A stretch of DNA of 44,490 nt from Candidatus Woesearchaeota archaeon (lineage in GTDB: Archaea > Nanobdellota > Nanobdellia > Woesearchaeales > GW2011-AR4): positions 1 to 44,490 of the forward strand of contig JACOZN010000011.1 of assembly GCA_016181305.1 (NCBI GenBank), given 5' to 3'. The notes under the pieces were generated by a model. That model ran no database searches and was not told the DNA's origin. It was given only the letters and a program-made list of their open reading frames with translations. A program made the translations under genes and the position numbers. Positions 1 to 9,430 of the stretch are shown in pieces (positions within the stretch are counted from its first letter, which is position 1; each line of letters opens with the position of its first letter).

Positions 1-1
1 A

Positions 2-652
2 TCAGAAACATCATTTGAGCCAATCAAAACATATGCTGACGAATGCATAAAGCAATCTGCTGAAGGGGCAATTTTAGGCACAGGCTTGCAGGGCGGCTAC
101 TATAATAAAACAAGCAATGTTATTGTGCATTCTTTCTTTATAATACCGCAATATTCAAAAGGCACCATAAAGCTTACGCCTCCTTTGCAGAAGATAGAAG
201 AGCAGATTTCATTGAATTTTGATGATGCCTTAACAATGTGCATTGACTATTTTGAGGCTTTTAAGGACAAAGGCTACCAGATAAGTTATAAGAAGCCAAA
301 ATCATCTGCCAGAATACTCAATAATGACGTGATATTTGAAATAAATTTTCCTATTTCAATCAGCTATGGGCAGTCAACAAAATCTTACAACACCTTTTCG
401 CTGGCTGTTCCTTCAAGATACAAGGTTTCATACAATGTAGCAGATAAAATTTCAAGCCAGCTGAGCAAGACGCCATTCAAGCTGTGCATAAGCTGCTTGG
501 TTGATTACGGCTACCTGAATGACGTGAACATTTCCGTTGCAAATTTTGGAGAGAATTCAATTCTGATAACGCTTACAGACAGCAGGGTAAAGGTTGGCAA
601 TGAAAACTTCGTATTTAACTTTGCCCACAGCACAGGTGGTTCAAGTGCTTAA
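2..652 (+). CDS. Hypothetical protein, 5'-partial
   Basis: Frame is open from base 2 (SETSFEPIKTYADECIKQSAEGAILGTGLQGGYY...), so the track start at 86 is internal. Confidence 0.7.
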   Translation, partial: SETSFEPIKTYADECIKQSAEGAILGTGLQGGYYNKTSNVIVHSFFIIPQYSKGTIKLTPPLQKIEEQISLNFDDALTMCIDYFEAFKDKGYQISYKKPKSSARILNNDVIFEINFPISISYGQSTKSYNTFSLAVPSRYKVSYNVADKISSQLSKTPFKLCISCLVDYGYLNDVNISVANFGENSILITLTDSRVKVGNENFVFNFAHSTGGSSA

Positions 653-2198
653 GAAATACATTTTTTTAATCTTCATTATGTTTATTGTGGCAGTTTCATC
701 TGCGCAGGAAAATACCTGGAGCAGTCAGGAAGATATACAAAAGAAAACACCAGATGAAATAATAGGTGATTACGAAAACGCACAGCAAAATTGGGCTATG
801 CTTTCCGAACAGCAAAGGGATGGTGTTTTTGCACGCGCTGACGGGCTTAAAATATTCTATCATGAGTTTGCCTTGGAAAAGGGGTTGAAGAGCTTGGATG
901 CGTCTTTGGGACAGGCTGTTTATGACAAAGCAAGCAATATGCTTAAAAATGGCAATGGATATATTGAAATAGGGCTTCTCAACGGCGCTGAAGTCAAAGC
1001 CTTGGAAGGCGGCGATTTTGAGGTAAAATTTCCTGATAAAAAAAAGTCAATTGACTTAACTAGTTTAAAGTTTGAAGGCGGAACAAATGGCATACTTTTT
1101 GATGGTGAAAATTTAATATTTGAAAATGGAGTATTAAATCATGGCAAAGTCACAATATTAAATGAAAATCATGTCAGGATAGAAAAAGATTCAGTTTTCG
1201 AGACAGAAAATTTAAGGTTCACAACCCAAGCGCAGGAATTTGATTTGTTTTATGGAACTTCGTCCTATAATAAAAATTACATAAGAATTGATACTGATGA
1301 ACTAGAAATTGAAGGTGATGATTTAAAAGTTGAATTCTTAAAGAAAAATCAATTTAGGATTGTATCAATTGATGGCGAAATAACGCTGATTGACGGCGGT
1401 CTTGTGTTAGAGTTTGACGGAAATGGAAATTCTTATGAAAAAATACCATTGGGAGAACCATTAACTGAAATTGAAATTGAAGATGAAAATGCGCCTGAGA
1501 AAAAGTATACGCTAAACCCAGAAGACGAATCAAAATTCGATAAAGCAAATTTGGAAGTAAACGTTTGTCCAATAAGCGGAATAACGGGAGGTTCAATAAC
1601 TGATATAAGTGGAAAAGTGTCGCAGAGTATTTGTAAGGGTCCTCTGGTCCAGACTGGAACCAGCTCAAAAGAGAATAAATATGAAGTTAACCTTGATATG
1701 AACAAAGAACATGTTGAAAAAGTCAAAACAGAATTTATAAAAAAATTTGGGCGCGAACCAAATTTGTATTCAGATCAAGATCTTAAAGAACTCTCAAATA
1801 TAATTAATGATAAAGTGACAGAATTAAAGTTCACTCAAAAATTTTTGGAAGATAATCCTTACCCAAGATGGATTGTAAATCGCGCTATAAGGGGATGGGT
1901 AGACGCAGGTCTTGATTCAAAAACCTTAACACCCGCAGAAAATACAGAAATTGATGCTATTGTGGATATTGTAACCCACATCAAACAAGGACAAAATTTA
2001 AAGTTTGAAGTGAGTGGTGATGAAGGACGAGTTATTTACACGACTGAGGGTGGTTTAGAAAAAAAGATTCCTGTTTTTTCTGGCAGACTTACAAAAGCTT
2101 ACATACGAAACTATTACGATAGAAACATTAATGTTCCCGAAGAGTCAAGAGACCTTCTTAAGACGTATTTTGGCAAGAAAGAAATAGCTTTAAAGTAA
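645..2198 (+). CDS. Secreted/surface hypothetical protein, acidic and beta-rich
   Basis: Long ORF. GTG at 645 follows an AGGTGG Shine-Dalgarno-like site and gives a signal peptide (KK, hydrophobic stretch, SSA|Q). Confidence 0.65.
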   Translation: MLKKYIFLIFIMFIVAVSSAQENTWSSQEDIQKKTPDEIIGDYENAQQNWAMLSEQQRDGVFARADGLKIFYHEFALEKGLKSLDASLGQAVYDKASNMLKNGNGYIEIGLLNGAEVKALEGGDFEVKFPDKKKSIDLTSLKFEGGTNGILFDGENLIFENGVLNHGKVTILNENHVRIEKDSVFETENLRFTTQAQEFDLFYGTSSYNKNYIRIDTDELEIEGDDLKVEFLKKNQFRIVSIDGEITLIDGGLVLEFDGNGNSYEKIPLGEPLTEIEIEDENAPEKKYTLNPEDESKFDKANLEVNVCPISGITGGSITDISGKVSQSICKGPLVQTGTSSKENKYEVNLDMNKEHVEKVKTEFIKKFGREPNLYSDQDLKELSNIINDKVTELKFTQKFLEDNPYPRWIVNRAIRGWVDAGLDSKTLTPAENTEIDAIVDIVTHIKQGQNLKFEVSGDEGRVIYTTEGGLEKKIPVFSGRLTKAYIRNYYDRNINVPEESRDLLKTYFGKKEIALK

Positions 2199-2293
2199 TA
2201 TGTGGCGGTAATCACCAAAAATAAATTTAATTTCTATTTATTTTCCATATTGAAACAAAAAGTATAAATATAAGTTAATCTTTATCCCTTTTT

Positions 2294-2614
2294 ATGAAGA
2301 AAGGCCGTCCAATCAAATCAGAGATAAGGCAGAACGTTGTCGAGATACTTCATTTTATAAAAAAGGCGTACGGCTATGAAATCTACAAGATTTACACTGC
2401 AATATTTCCAAAAGTAACCTTGAGGAGCATTTATTACCACCTGAAAAAAGGCACGGACCTGGGCGAATTCCAGGTCAACAAGGTTGAAAAGGAAAAAGGC
2501 GACTATTCCTGGGGTGGCGAAGCAGAGAAAATTTACTATGCCCTTGGCCCGAATGCAAAGCCGACAGGCAATGACAGGGTAAGGGAGTATGTTGAGAGCA
2601 GGCAGAAGCAATGA
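2294..2614 (+). CDS. Winged-helix (PadR-like) DNA-binding protein
   Basis: YGYEIYKIY...TLRSIYYHLKKG helix-turn-helix followed by wing strands (KIYYALGP); TATA-like AGTATAAATA upstream. Confidence 0.6.
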   Translation: MKKGRPIKSEIRQNVVEILHFIKKAYGYEIYKIYTAIFPKVTLRSIYYHLKKGTDLGEFQVNKVEKEKGDYSWGGEAEKIYYALGPNAKPTGNDRVREYVESRQKQ

Positions 2615-2644
2615 ATTTCTATTTCCAAAAATTGATTTTGACAG

Positions 2645-3838
2645 CTACTTAACAAACCCGGCGACAATATTGGCTAAAATCACCGCAAGAAAAAACATCC
2701 CGGTGTAATAAAAAATCCTGCTGCTTTTTTCTTTGTCAAAAAATTTTTGCAGGACAAGCTGCAGCATCCTGCCTCCGTCTAACGGCCCAATAGGCACAAG
2801 ATTAAACAGCCCGATTCCGAGATTCAGGATATACAAAAACACAAAGAGCCCTGTAACCCATACGAGGGCATTTGGAAGGAGCAGCCCGTAATTTTTCCTT
2901 ACATCATCCTTTATCCTCGTGCTCTGCTCAAGGTAAGCGCCTATATAGGCTAGGCTCCCGTTGTCAGGATTTCTTGCCAGCTTTATCTCATAAGATGATC
3001 TGTCGGTTTTTATCAAGGCAGCATCATTTGGCTTTTTGCCCCTCAGCGCCGAAGAAAGATTTCCCACATAGGGAGTTGGATTGCCGTCAACGCTTTGTAT
3101 TACCTCCCCGATTTTCATCCCGGCATTTTCAGCGGGAAACTTTTCATTGCCTTTTCCCCTCACGTAATCGGTGATTTTTACCCCGTTTGGCTCAATAGCC
3201 GCATTCGCCAGTGGGGCAATCAAAAAAGACAATATTGCCAAGCACAAGAATGCCGCAATTATGTTTGAGAAAGGCCCTGCTGCAAAAACGCTCAATTGCT
3301 CCTTATGGCTTCTTTTCCTCAGCTCTTTTTCGTCAGGCTCCACAAAAGCGGCAGGTATTATTGGTATGGCAATGCCAAGAAAGGCAAATCCGGACGACTT
3401 CACCCTTAGGTTATGCGCCCTTGCAATCAGCCCATGGGCAAACTCGTGCACAACGGCAATTACAAATATTGAAATTATCCAGTAAAAGAACGGTACAAAG
3501 AATACGCCCTTTGCCTTGAATGGAAGCACCAAGCCGACTCCTTGCGCAGCCTCGGGCTTTACAAAGATGTCAACCAGGCTTGCAGCCAGCATAAAGCCGA
3601 TAAAAGCCATTCCGGCAAACCCGGCAAAAACGCCTGCATAGCCTGCATAAACAATGAATCTCCCGCATTTTTTTGATAATTTATCCATCAACCCCAGGCC
3701 AAATTTTGTCCTGTACATGGAAAAATAAAGAAAATACGGGATTATCTGCTTAGTATCAAGGTTTTTCCTCTTCAGGAAAACAAGAATTGTCAAAACAATC
3801 AAAAAAACAATTGCAGCTATTGTCTGAAAATCAATCAT
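2645..3838 (-). CDS. Site-2 protease (M50 family) with PDZ domain
   Basis: HEFAH zinc motif, AGPFSN, NLVPIGPLDGG motif, PDZ-like insert, multiple TM helices. Confidence 0.92.
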   Translation of the reverse strand: MIDFQTIAAIVFLIVLTILVFLKRKNLDTKQIIPYFLYFSMYRTKFGLGLMDKLSKKCGRFIVYAGYAGVFAGFAGMAFIGFMLAASLVDIFVKPEAAQGVGLVLPFKAKGVFFVPFFYWIISIFVIAVVHEFAHGLIARAHNLRVKSSGFAFLGIAIPIIPAAFVEPDEKELRKRSHKEQLSVFAAGPFSNIIAAFLCLAILSFLIAPLANAAIEPNGVKITDYVRGKGNEKFPAENAGMKIGEVIQSVDGNPTPYVGNLSSALRGKKPNDAALIKTDRSSYEIKLARNPDNGSLAYIGAYLEQSTRIKDDVRKNYGLLLPNALVWVTGLFVFLYILNLGIGLFNLVPIGPLDGGRMLQLVLQKFFDKEKSSRIFYYTGMFFLAVILANIVAGFVK

Positions 3839-3839
3839 C

Positions 3840-4001
3840 TTACTTCTTTCTCACAGCCTTGAACATCTTGCTTCCGCATCTCCTGCAGCTTATCTTTCCC
3901 TGTATTATTTTTATGTTAGGCGCCTTTATCTTTGTCTTGCATTTCCTGCACACAAAAACATTCCTGAATTTTCTTATATCAGCTTCATGGAACTTAACCA
4001 T
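3840..4001 (-). CDS. rpl40e: 50S ribosomal protein L40e (not in ORF track)
   Basis: Manual translation MVKFHEADIRKFRNVFVCRKCKTKIKAPNIKIIQGKISCRRCGSKMFKAVRKK (53 aa, two CxxC). Its ATG overlaps the aIF5A stop (TGATG). Confidence 0.85.
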   Translation of the reverse strand: MVKFHEADIRKFRNVFVCRKCKTKIKAPNIKIIQGKISCRRCGSKMFKAVRKK

Positions 4002-4402
4002 CAGTCAGCACCTTTTACCTGCTTGATTACCCTCTCATCCATTATAGTCCAGTACAGCACGGAAGAGCCCTCAGTCACCTGCCCTTTGAATTCCTCGGGG
4101 ATTTTCAGGTCAAATGTCTCATAAGTCTCTGAGTCCATGACATTTGCAGCATCCCCGTGTACGGACAGCACTTGGGCATTCCTCTTTTCTATAATCGGCA
4201 CTTCAACGTTGTCGTGCCCCGGCATAACCACGATCTTTTTTTTGTCGTCCACAAGCCCTACTGCCGAAACCCTCACTTTTGAGTGCCCGTGCTTGCCGGG
4301 CTTTGAAATCTCGACATCAACAACCTTGCATGCAACGCCTTCCAGGATGATAAAGCTCCCTTTCTGCACCTGGTTTGCGCCAATCATCTTGGTATCTGCC
4401 AT
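4001..4402 (-). CDS. eif5a: Translation factor aIF5A
   Basis: SKPGKHGHSK hypusine-site motif. Confidence 0.97.
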   Translation of the reverse strand: MADTKMIGANQVQKGSFIILEGVACKVVDVEISKPGKHGHSKVRVSAVGLVDDKKKIVVMPGHDNVEVPIIEKRNAQVLSVHGDAANVMDSETYETFDLKIPEEFKGQVTEGSSVLYWTIMDERVIKQVKGAD

Positions 4403-4475
4403 TCAATTCACCTTTTTAGATTAAGATTATTCAGGGTTGGCAATTTATTTATAAAGATTATGCTTGGAGAGAAAA

Positions 4476-4685
4476 TTATTCCTTAATAGCCAGCTTTATG
4501 TCTTCCGCTTTTACTGTTTTTCTTCCTGCATGCACGGCAAGCTTTATAGACTTGGCAGCGATTTCATGCGCCATCTCCTCGATTGCGTTCTTCAGGGCAG
4601 CCTTTGCCTTGTCAGAAACCCTCTCGGCTCCCCCCTGCTTGAGCAGCTTCTCCATTGCAGCCAACGGCAGTAGTTTTTCGCTCAT
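4476..4685 (-). CDS. Archaeal histone (HMf family)
   Basis: LPLAAMEKLLK...AERVS...HAGRKTVKAEDI histone fold. Confidence 0.95.
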   Translation of the reverse strand: MSEKLLPLAAMEKLLKQGGAERVSDKAKAALKNAIEEMAHEIAAKSIKLAVHAGRKTVKAEDIKLAIKE

Positions 4686-4733
4686 TTGAACTCCGGTTTG
4701 CAGGTAAAAACCAATGTATTTAAACCTTTTTAC

Positions 4734-5402
4734 TTAAAACCCCAGAATCGCTTTCAACCCAAACCTGTGCCTTCTCGCAAGCCTTGAAATCTCCTTTTCC
4801 ATCATGTCCCTGTTCTCAAACATTGCTTCCATTTTCCTGAACTCGCTGCTGTGGTGCAGGTTCCTCCCGTTTTTATTCCGGAACTTGAACTTTTTGTGGA
4901 GCATTTCATGGTGCATGACATAGTCCAAAAGCTCAGTCCTCTCATTCCTGAAAATCGTGCTTATTGTTATTGTGTCAGAGCCGTACTCGTAAGAGCCGAG
5001 CTTTGATGTTGAAGCATTGCCCCACTGCAGATTGGGCTTGTCAAGCATGCCGTTGAAATAAGCGTCATTTATCCTGCCAAAAGATGCTTCAAGGATTTCA
5101 TCAGTTTTTGTCTTTGGAACCGCCAAATGAACATTCTTCATGAAAAGATTGTAAAGCTCCATGTTCATTGTCTTTTTTTTGTCTTTTAAAATCTTAACCA
5201 TCAGTTCCTGTACCAGGCCAATTTGTATTTCCCTGCTGATTTTTCTCCAGTCTTTGCTTAAATGAAACATCAGGCTGTTGCCGTAAAGTTTTACATTTGC
5301 GTTATATGGCTTGAATTTTCTTGAATATTTTAGTGAGAAATTGTACTTTGGCTCTTTTTCTGGGTACAGCTGCTGGAATGCTTCTTTTATTAGTTCTGAC
5401 AT
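4734..5402 (-). CDS. SprT-like/M48-like zinc metalloprotease domain protein
   Basis: HEMLH zinc motif, LGSY, downstream HHSSEF histidine. Confidence 0.7.
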   Translation of the reverse strand: MSELIKEAFQQLYPEKEPKYNFSLKYSRKFKPYNANVKLYGNSLMFHLSKDWRKISREIQIGLVQELMVKILKDKKKTMNMELYNLFMKNVHLAVPKTKTDEILEASFGRINDAYFNGMLDKPNLQWGNASTSKLGSYEYGSDTITISTIFRNERTELLDYVMHHEMLHKKFKFRNKNGRNLHHSSEFRKMEAMFENRDMMEKEISRLARRHRFGLKAILGF

Positions 5403-5404
5403 TT

Positions 5405-6505
5405 TTATGTATGCACTTCATACCTCAAAATAGCGGCGAACTTTCCCAAGTCCCTGAGCTGCGCGCCTTCCCTCGTCTGCGTTGATATAATCCTTACCTC
5501 GCTGCCCACAGGCTTTGCCGCAGCCTCGAACTCCTCAATTTTCTCATCGCTTAAGTCCTCTGACAGAAGAAGCTTATCAACAACTCCCATCTTCAGCTTG
5601 CTCATGACATCATCTTCCCCATAAGCAACCATGTTCCTGTTTATGGCGAGCATCTCAAGAAATTTGCCTACAATCTTCTTCTCTTCTGTAACTTCCTCCT
5701 GCGCCAGCACATCCTGGCTTTTCTCCAGCAGCTCCTCAAGCCCGAATTCTCCCGTATAGCTCAGGTCTTTTATAGCTATTATCTTTTTCTTGACTTCGTT
5801 TGTTATGAAGTTGCCTTCAACAAGGTCGTATTTTGTGGGGCCGGGCCCTCCGACAATTATGCCCTTAAGCCCCTCCAGGTTCAGAAAGGCTTCTTTTATG
5901 TAATCAGCCACTTTCTTGTAATGCTCTTTTGCAGCCCCCTCTATAAGCCTGTGAAACCTCTGTGCAGACTGCCCGCCGGCTTTGAACTTGCCAGGCACCT
6001 CAGAATGGGTTTTCACAATCGGAATTATTGTTTTTCCCTTGAGCAATGCGATATTTGCATCGCGCCTGTCCATGACAACTAATCCATAAACTTCCTTGGC
6101 TTCAAGCATGTCCCTTAGAATGTCAAGAACAAACTCCTTGTCGCACCTGTAAATCCTTGTTTTTAACGGGACAGGCGGCTCTATGCTCCACACTTTGAAG
6201 TCCTGCTGCCCTTCCCTTTCAGCAACGTTGCCTGAAAACACCACCAACCCGTTTGGAGGCGTTCTTTTGAACAATTTAAGGTGCTGTATCATCCTTTCCA
6301 GGGCGTCCGTTACATTTTTTCTTGTTGCAGAAGACTTTATGTTGGAGGCTGTGCCCTGCTCCTGCGCAAGATGGTTGATTATCTTGTTCAGGTCATAGTC
6401 CTGCGGGATGTACACGCTAACCAATTCTGTGTGCCTTCCCCTGAAATTTTCCAGCTCCTTTATGAATTTCTTCAGATGAAATCTTTGCGCTTCTGTGAGT
6501 GACAT
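5405..6505 (-). CDS. prf1: Peptide chain release factor aRF1
   Basis: NIKS, YRCD and GGQS motifs. Confidence 0.97.
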   Translation of the reverse strand: MSLTEAQRFHLKKFIKELENFRGRHTELVSVYIPQDYDLNKIINHLAQEQGTASNIKSSATRKNVTDALERMIQHLKLFKRTPPNGLVVFSGNVAEREGQQDFKVWSIEPPVPLKTRIYRCDKEFVLDILRDMLEAKEVYGLVVMDRRDANIALLKGKTIIPIVKTHSEVPGKFKAGGQSAQRFHRLIEGAAKEHYKKVADYIKEAFLNLEGLKGIIVGGPGPTKYDLVEGNFITNEVKKKIIAIKDLSYTGEFGLEELLEKSQDVLAQEEVTEEKKIVGKFLEMLAINRNMVAYGEDDVMSKLKMGVVDKLLLSEDLSDEKIEEFEAAAKPVGSEVRIISTQTREGAQLRDLGKFAAILRYEVHT

Positions 6506-6542
6506 TTTATTATCAGAAATATACTGGCTTTATAAAACTAAG

Positions 6543-7130
6543 CTATTGGGGTGCTTTTCTGGGCGAAATTATCCAGTAGCCGATTCTGAGCACCCATTCA
6601 ACGGCAACAATGAACACAAGGTATTTTGCCACTTTCGGAATCTGCTGGTAAAATATGCCGAATGAGGATGAAATGCTTTTTATTGTTATTGCACTGGGGT
6701 CTATCAGAAAAATCAGTATAAGGCTCCAGGGCAAAAGCTTTGCCATGTCCTCTGCAAGCTTCTCGCTGACATAAGCGCCTATTCGGGTGGCTGCAACAAC
6801 TATAATGCCAAAGTACAGTATGTCCTCAATCGGCCTTGATTTTGAAAGCAAAAACAATAAAAATGAAAAAATCAGGAACCACAGGAAAGAATAAATTGGA
6901 AAAATGGCAAGGTACTTGAGGAAATAAACAAGCCTGTCAAAAAAAATCCTGAAACTTGAGCCTACTTTCAGCTTTAGCTCAAACAAATCTCTCTTGGCAA
7001 GCTGTTTTGAGTAGATAAACCATGCAACCAAACTGGCAATAAACAGGATTATTGTTGATATAAGTAAATTAATGAACTGCCTGTCCAGAATAAAATCTTT
7101 CAAAGGCTCAATGTAGTCAATAAAGCTCAT
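6543..7130 (-). CDS. Hypothetical multi-pass membrane protein
   Basis: About 5 hydrophobic helices. Start moved to ATG 7130 because the longer track start lies in an inverted repeat, upstream of a TATA-like site. Confidence 0.7.
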   Translation of the reverse strand: MSFIDYIEPLKDFILDRQFINLLISTIILFIASLVAWFIYSKQLAKRDLFELKLKVGSSFRIFFDRLVYFLKYLAIFPIYSFLWFLIFSFLLFLLSKSRPIEDILYFGIIVVAATRIGAYVSEKLAEDMAKLLPWSLILIFLIDPSAITIKSISSSFGIFYQQIPKVAKYLVFIVAVEWVLRIGYWIISPRKAPQ

Positions 7131-7179
7131 AAATATGCCTTTGCCTAGATTATATTTAAAAATTGCTATTTTTCGGCTG

Positions 7180-7222
7180 TCAAAAACCGCCAAGACTTAA
7201 TTATACTTGTGGCGGTTTTTGA
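7180..7222. repeat. Perfect 13-bp inverted repeat
   Basis: TCAAAAACCGCCA (7180-7192) and TGGCGGTTTTTGA (7210-7222), 17-nt spacer. Confidence 0.85.
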
Positions 7223-7245
7223 GCATGCTCGGAAATCGCAACAAA

Positions 7246-8091
7246 TTAAATTAATATTTGCGGTTTCCGACATGTTAAGCCGTAATGCGCCTTTTCAATA
7301 TCTTTAAAGCCAGCAGTTCTTAATTTTTGAGCGACATTTTTTGCCAAGTCGATTTTTCTGTTCCTGCTTCCCGGCGAGCCAGTATAATGGTATAATTTGC
7401 CGTTATTTTTCAAAACCCTGAAAAGCTGCCTGTAGAATTCCAATGAATAAAGCTCTGTTGCCAGGCTTAATCTCGGCGGGTCGTGGATTACAGCGTCAAA
7501 CATGCTGCTTTTCATTATTCTGGCTTCGTCAAAAACGCTTGCCTTTAAGATGCTTATCCTTTTGTTGCCAAAAAGCTCCTTTGACCACGGGTTCAGCCTT
7601 GCTATCTCTATCACATTTTCGTCTTTTTCGCATGTAATGACAAAATCCGCGTATTTTGAAGCCATTATTGCAGTGTACCCAAGACCCATGCACGTGTCCA
7701 AAACCATCCCTCTTGGCGAAATGCTTTCTATCTTCTTTTTTGTGTCTTCCATCGGAGTCATTTCTTTTGTGACGTGCATCCTTATCCCGGAAATCTCGAT
7801 TGTCGGGGCATCTTTTGTCGGCACCAATTTGTAATATTTGTTTGTCTCGTCCGAAAACCACTGCATCTTTGCCAGTGAATTGTCATTCACCACAAAACAG
7901 CTTGTGCTGTCTTTGATTGCCTTTCCCAGCTGGTTAAATTCAAGTTTTTGATTGTCCGGAAAAATCAAAAAATCATCCTCAATTTTTATTTTTGACTTTG
8001 AAATGCCCAAATCCAGAGATATTTCCGTCTCTCCAAGCTTTTTTTCATGCGCTTCCAAAAGCTGCCGGGCCTGATAGTGCGATATTATCAT
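7246..8091 (-). CDS. Archaeal SAM-dependent methyltransferase (COG2521-like)
   Basis: VLDTCMGLGYTA motif I, CEKD, IIHDPPR. Likely start MIISHY at 8091. Confidence 0.85.
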   Translation of the reverse strand: MIISHYQARQLLEAHEKKLGETEISLDLGISKSKIKIEDDFLIFPDNQKLEFNQLGKAIKDSTSCFVVNDNSLAKMQWFSDETNKYYKLVPTKDAPTIEISGIRMHVTKEMTPMEDTKKKIESISPRGMVLDTCMGLGYTAIMASKYADFVITCEKDENVIEIARLNPWSKELFGNKRISILKASVFDEARIMKSSMFDAVIHDPPRLSLATELYSLEFYRQLFRVLKNNGKLYHYTGSPGSRNRKIDLAKNVAQKLRTAGFKDIEKAHYGLTCRKPQILI

Positions 8092-8231
8092 AATCCGGGC
8101 TAAAACTGCATTATTTATATAGCTTGCCAACCTAGAAGGAGAGATGCTTAATTTAATGGCATCTACAGCTATTTCGATAGATTTAAAAACAAGGGATTAA
8201 TCCTTTCAGGAGGGAAATAAGCTATCCATGA

Positions 8232-8323
8232 GGGGCTGTAGGGTAGCTTGGACACATCCTTTCTGGTTTGGGACCAGAAGACCCCGGTTCAAACGCTTAA
8301 CGCTGAAACTCCGGGCAGCCCCA
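8232..8323 (+). tRNA. tRNA-Pro(TGG) with 16-nt intron at 59/60 (8294-8309)
   Basis: Acceptor GGGGCTG/CAGCCCC; anticodon arm TCTGG-TT TGG GA-CCAGA; a perfect bulge-helix-bulge whose removal restores T-loop TTCAAAT. Confidence 0.95.
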
Positions 8324-8378
8324 TATAGCAAAAATAAATACGTTTAATATAAAATTCAAGCAGAAATAAATTTAAAAA

Positions 8379-8684
8379 ATGAAAGAAGAAGAAAAACTGG
8401 GCTCGGTAAAAAGGTTCGGCGCGAGGTACGGCAGGAAGCCAAAGCTGAAGTTCTCAAAGGTGGAGCGGGAGCAGAGAAAGCTGCACAAGTGCCCTTACTG
8501 CAGCAAGACAGCCGTTAAAAGGGTGGCAGTCGGCATATGGCACTGCAGGAAGTGCAATGCCAAATTTGCAGGCAAGGCATACTCTGTTTCAAGAAAGGTA
8601 CTGGCAAAAGAGGTTGAAGAGGTGGCTGAAGAGCCCGAAACCGCAAAAGAGGAGCCCGAGGAGCAAGTTCTGGAGGAGGCATAA
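8379..8684 (+). CDS. rpl37ae: 50S ribosomal protein L37Ae with acidic C-terminal tail
   Basis: RFGARYG...CPYC...KRVAVGIWHCRKC. Confidence 0.95.
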   Translation: MKEEEKLGSVKRFGARYGRKPKLKFSKVEREQRKLHKCPYCSKTAVKRVAVGIWHCRKCNAKFAGKAYSVSRKVLAKEVEEVAEEPETAKEEPEEQVLEEA

Positions 8685-8821
8685 TGGCAGAATACAAATG
8701 TTTTGACTGCAACAAGAAAGTATCAATGGACTATCTGAGAAAAAGAGTTAGGTGCCCGTACTGCGGCAGCAAGATACTCTTCAAGCCGAGAAGCGTGAAT
8801 ACAAAAGTGAAAGCCCGCTGA
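8684..8821 (+). CDS. rpoP: RNA polymerase subunit P/Rpo12 (not in ORF track)
   Basis: Manual translation MAEYKCFDCNKKVSMDYLRKRVRCPYCGSKILFKPRSVNTKVKAR; conserved position after rpl37ae. Confidence 0.92.
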   Translation: MAEYKCFDCNKKVSMDYLRKRVRCPYCGSKILFKPRSVNTKVKAR

Positions 8822-8823
8822 AA

Positions 8824-9159
8824 ATGGACATATCAAAAGAAACGGAGCAGAAAATAAGCCAGCTGCAGATGTTCGAGCAGAGCCTGCAGAGCTTTCTGGG
8901 GCAGAAGCAGCAGTTCCAGATACAGCTTGTCGAGGTTGAATCCGCGCTGAACGAGCTTAACGGCACCGACAGGGCATTCAGGATTATAGGCAACATCATG
9001 GTGGAGTCTGACAAGTCGGAGCTGAAAGCTGATTTGCAGTCAAAGAAGGAAATGCTGGAGCTGAGGATAAAGACAATGGAAAAGCAGGAATCGCAAGTGA
9101 GGGAAAAGGCTTCAAAGCTCCAGTCTGAGATTCTGAAGAAAATAAAAAAGGAAGATTAG
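8824..9159 (+). CDS. pfdB: Prefoldin beta subunit
   Basis: Coiled coils around AFRIIGNIMVE hairpin; start at MDISKE. Confidence 0.9.
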   Translation: MDISKETEQKISQLQMFEQSLQSFLGQKQQFQIQLVEVESALNELNGTDRAFRIIGNIMVESDKSELKADLQSKKEMLELRIKTMEKQESQVREKASKLQSEILKKIKKED

Positions 9160-9160
9160 C

Positions 9161-9421
9161 ATGAAAATGGCTGAGCAAATAAGCGAAGTAGATGCCGCGA
9201 TAACCAGCCTGAATGAGGTGCATTCTGATGCGACTGTGCCCCGGAATGTCAGAACACAAATAGAAAGCATATCCAATGTCCTGAAGGAAGATACCGAGAT
9301 GCCAATCAAGATAAACAAGGCGCTGAACCAGCTTGACGAAATTGCAAATGACGTAAACTTGCAGCCATACACCAGAACACAGATATGGAACGTGATGAGC
9401 ATGCTGGAAAAGCTAGGCTAG
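9161..9421 (+). CDS. UPF0147 family protein
   Basis: DATVPRNVR...LDEIANDVNLQPYTRTQIWNVMSMLE. Confidence 0.88.
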   Translation: MKMAEQISEVDAAITSLNEVHSDATVPRNVRTQIESISNVLKEDTEMPIKINKALNQLDEIANDVNLQPYTRTQIWNVMSMLEKLG

Positions 9422-9430
9422 ACTGCTTAT

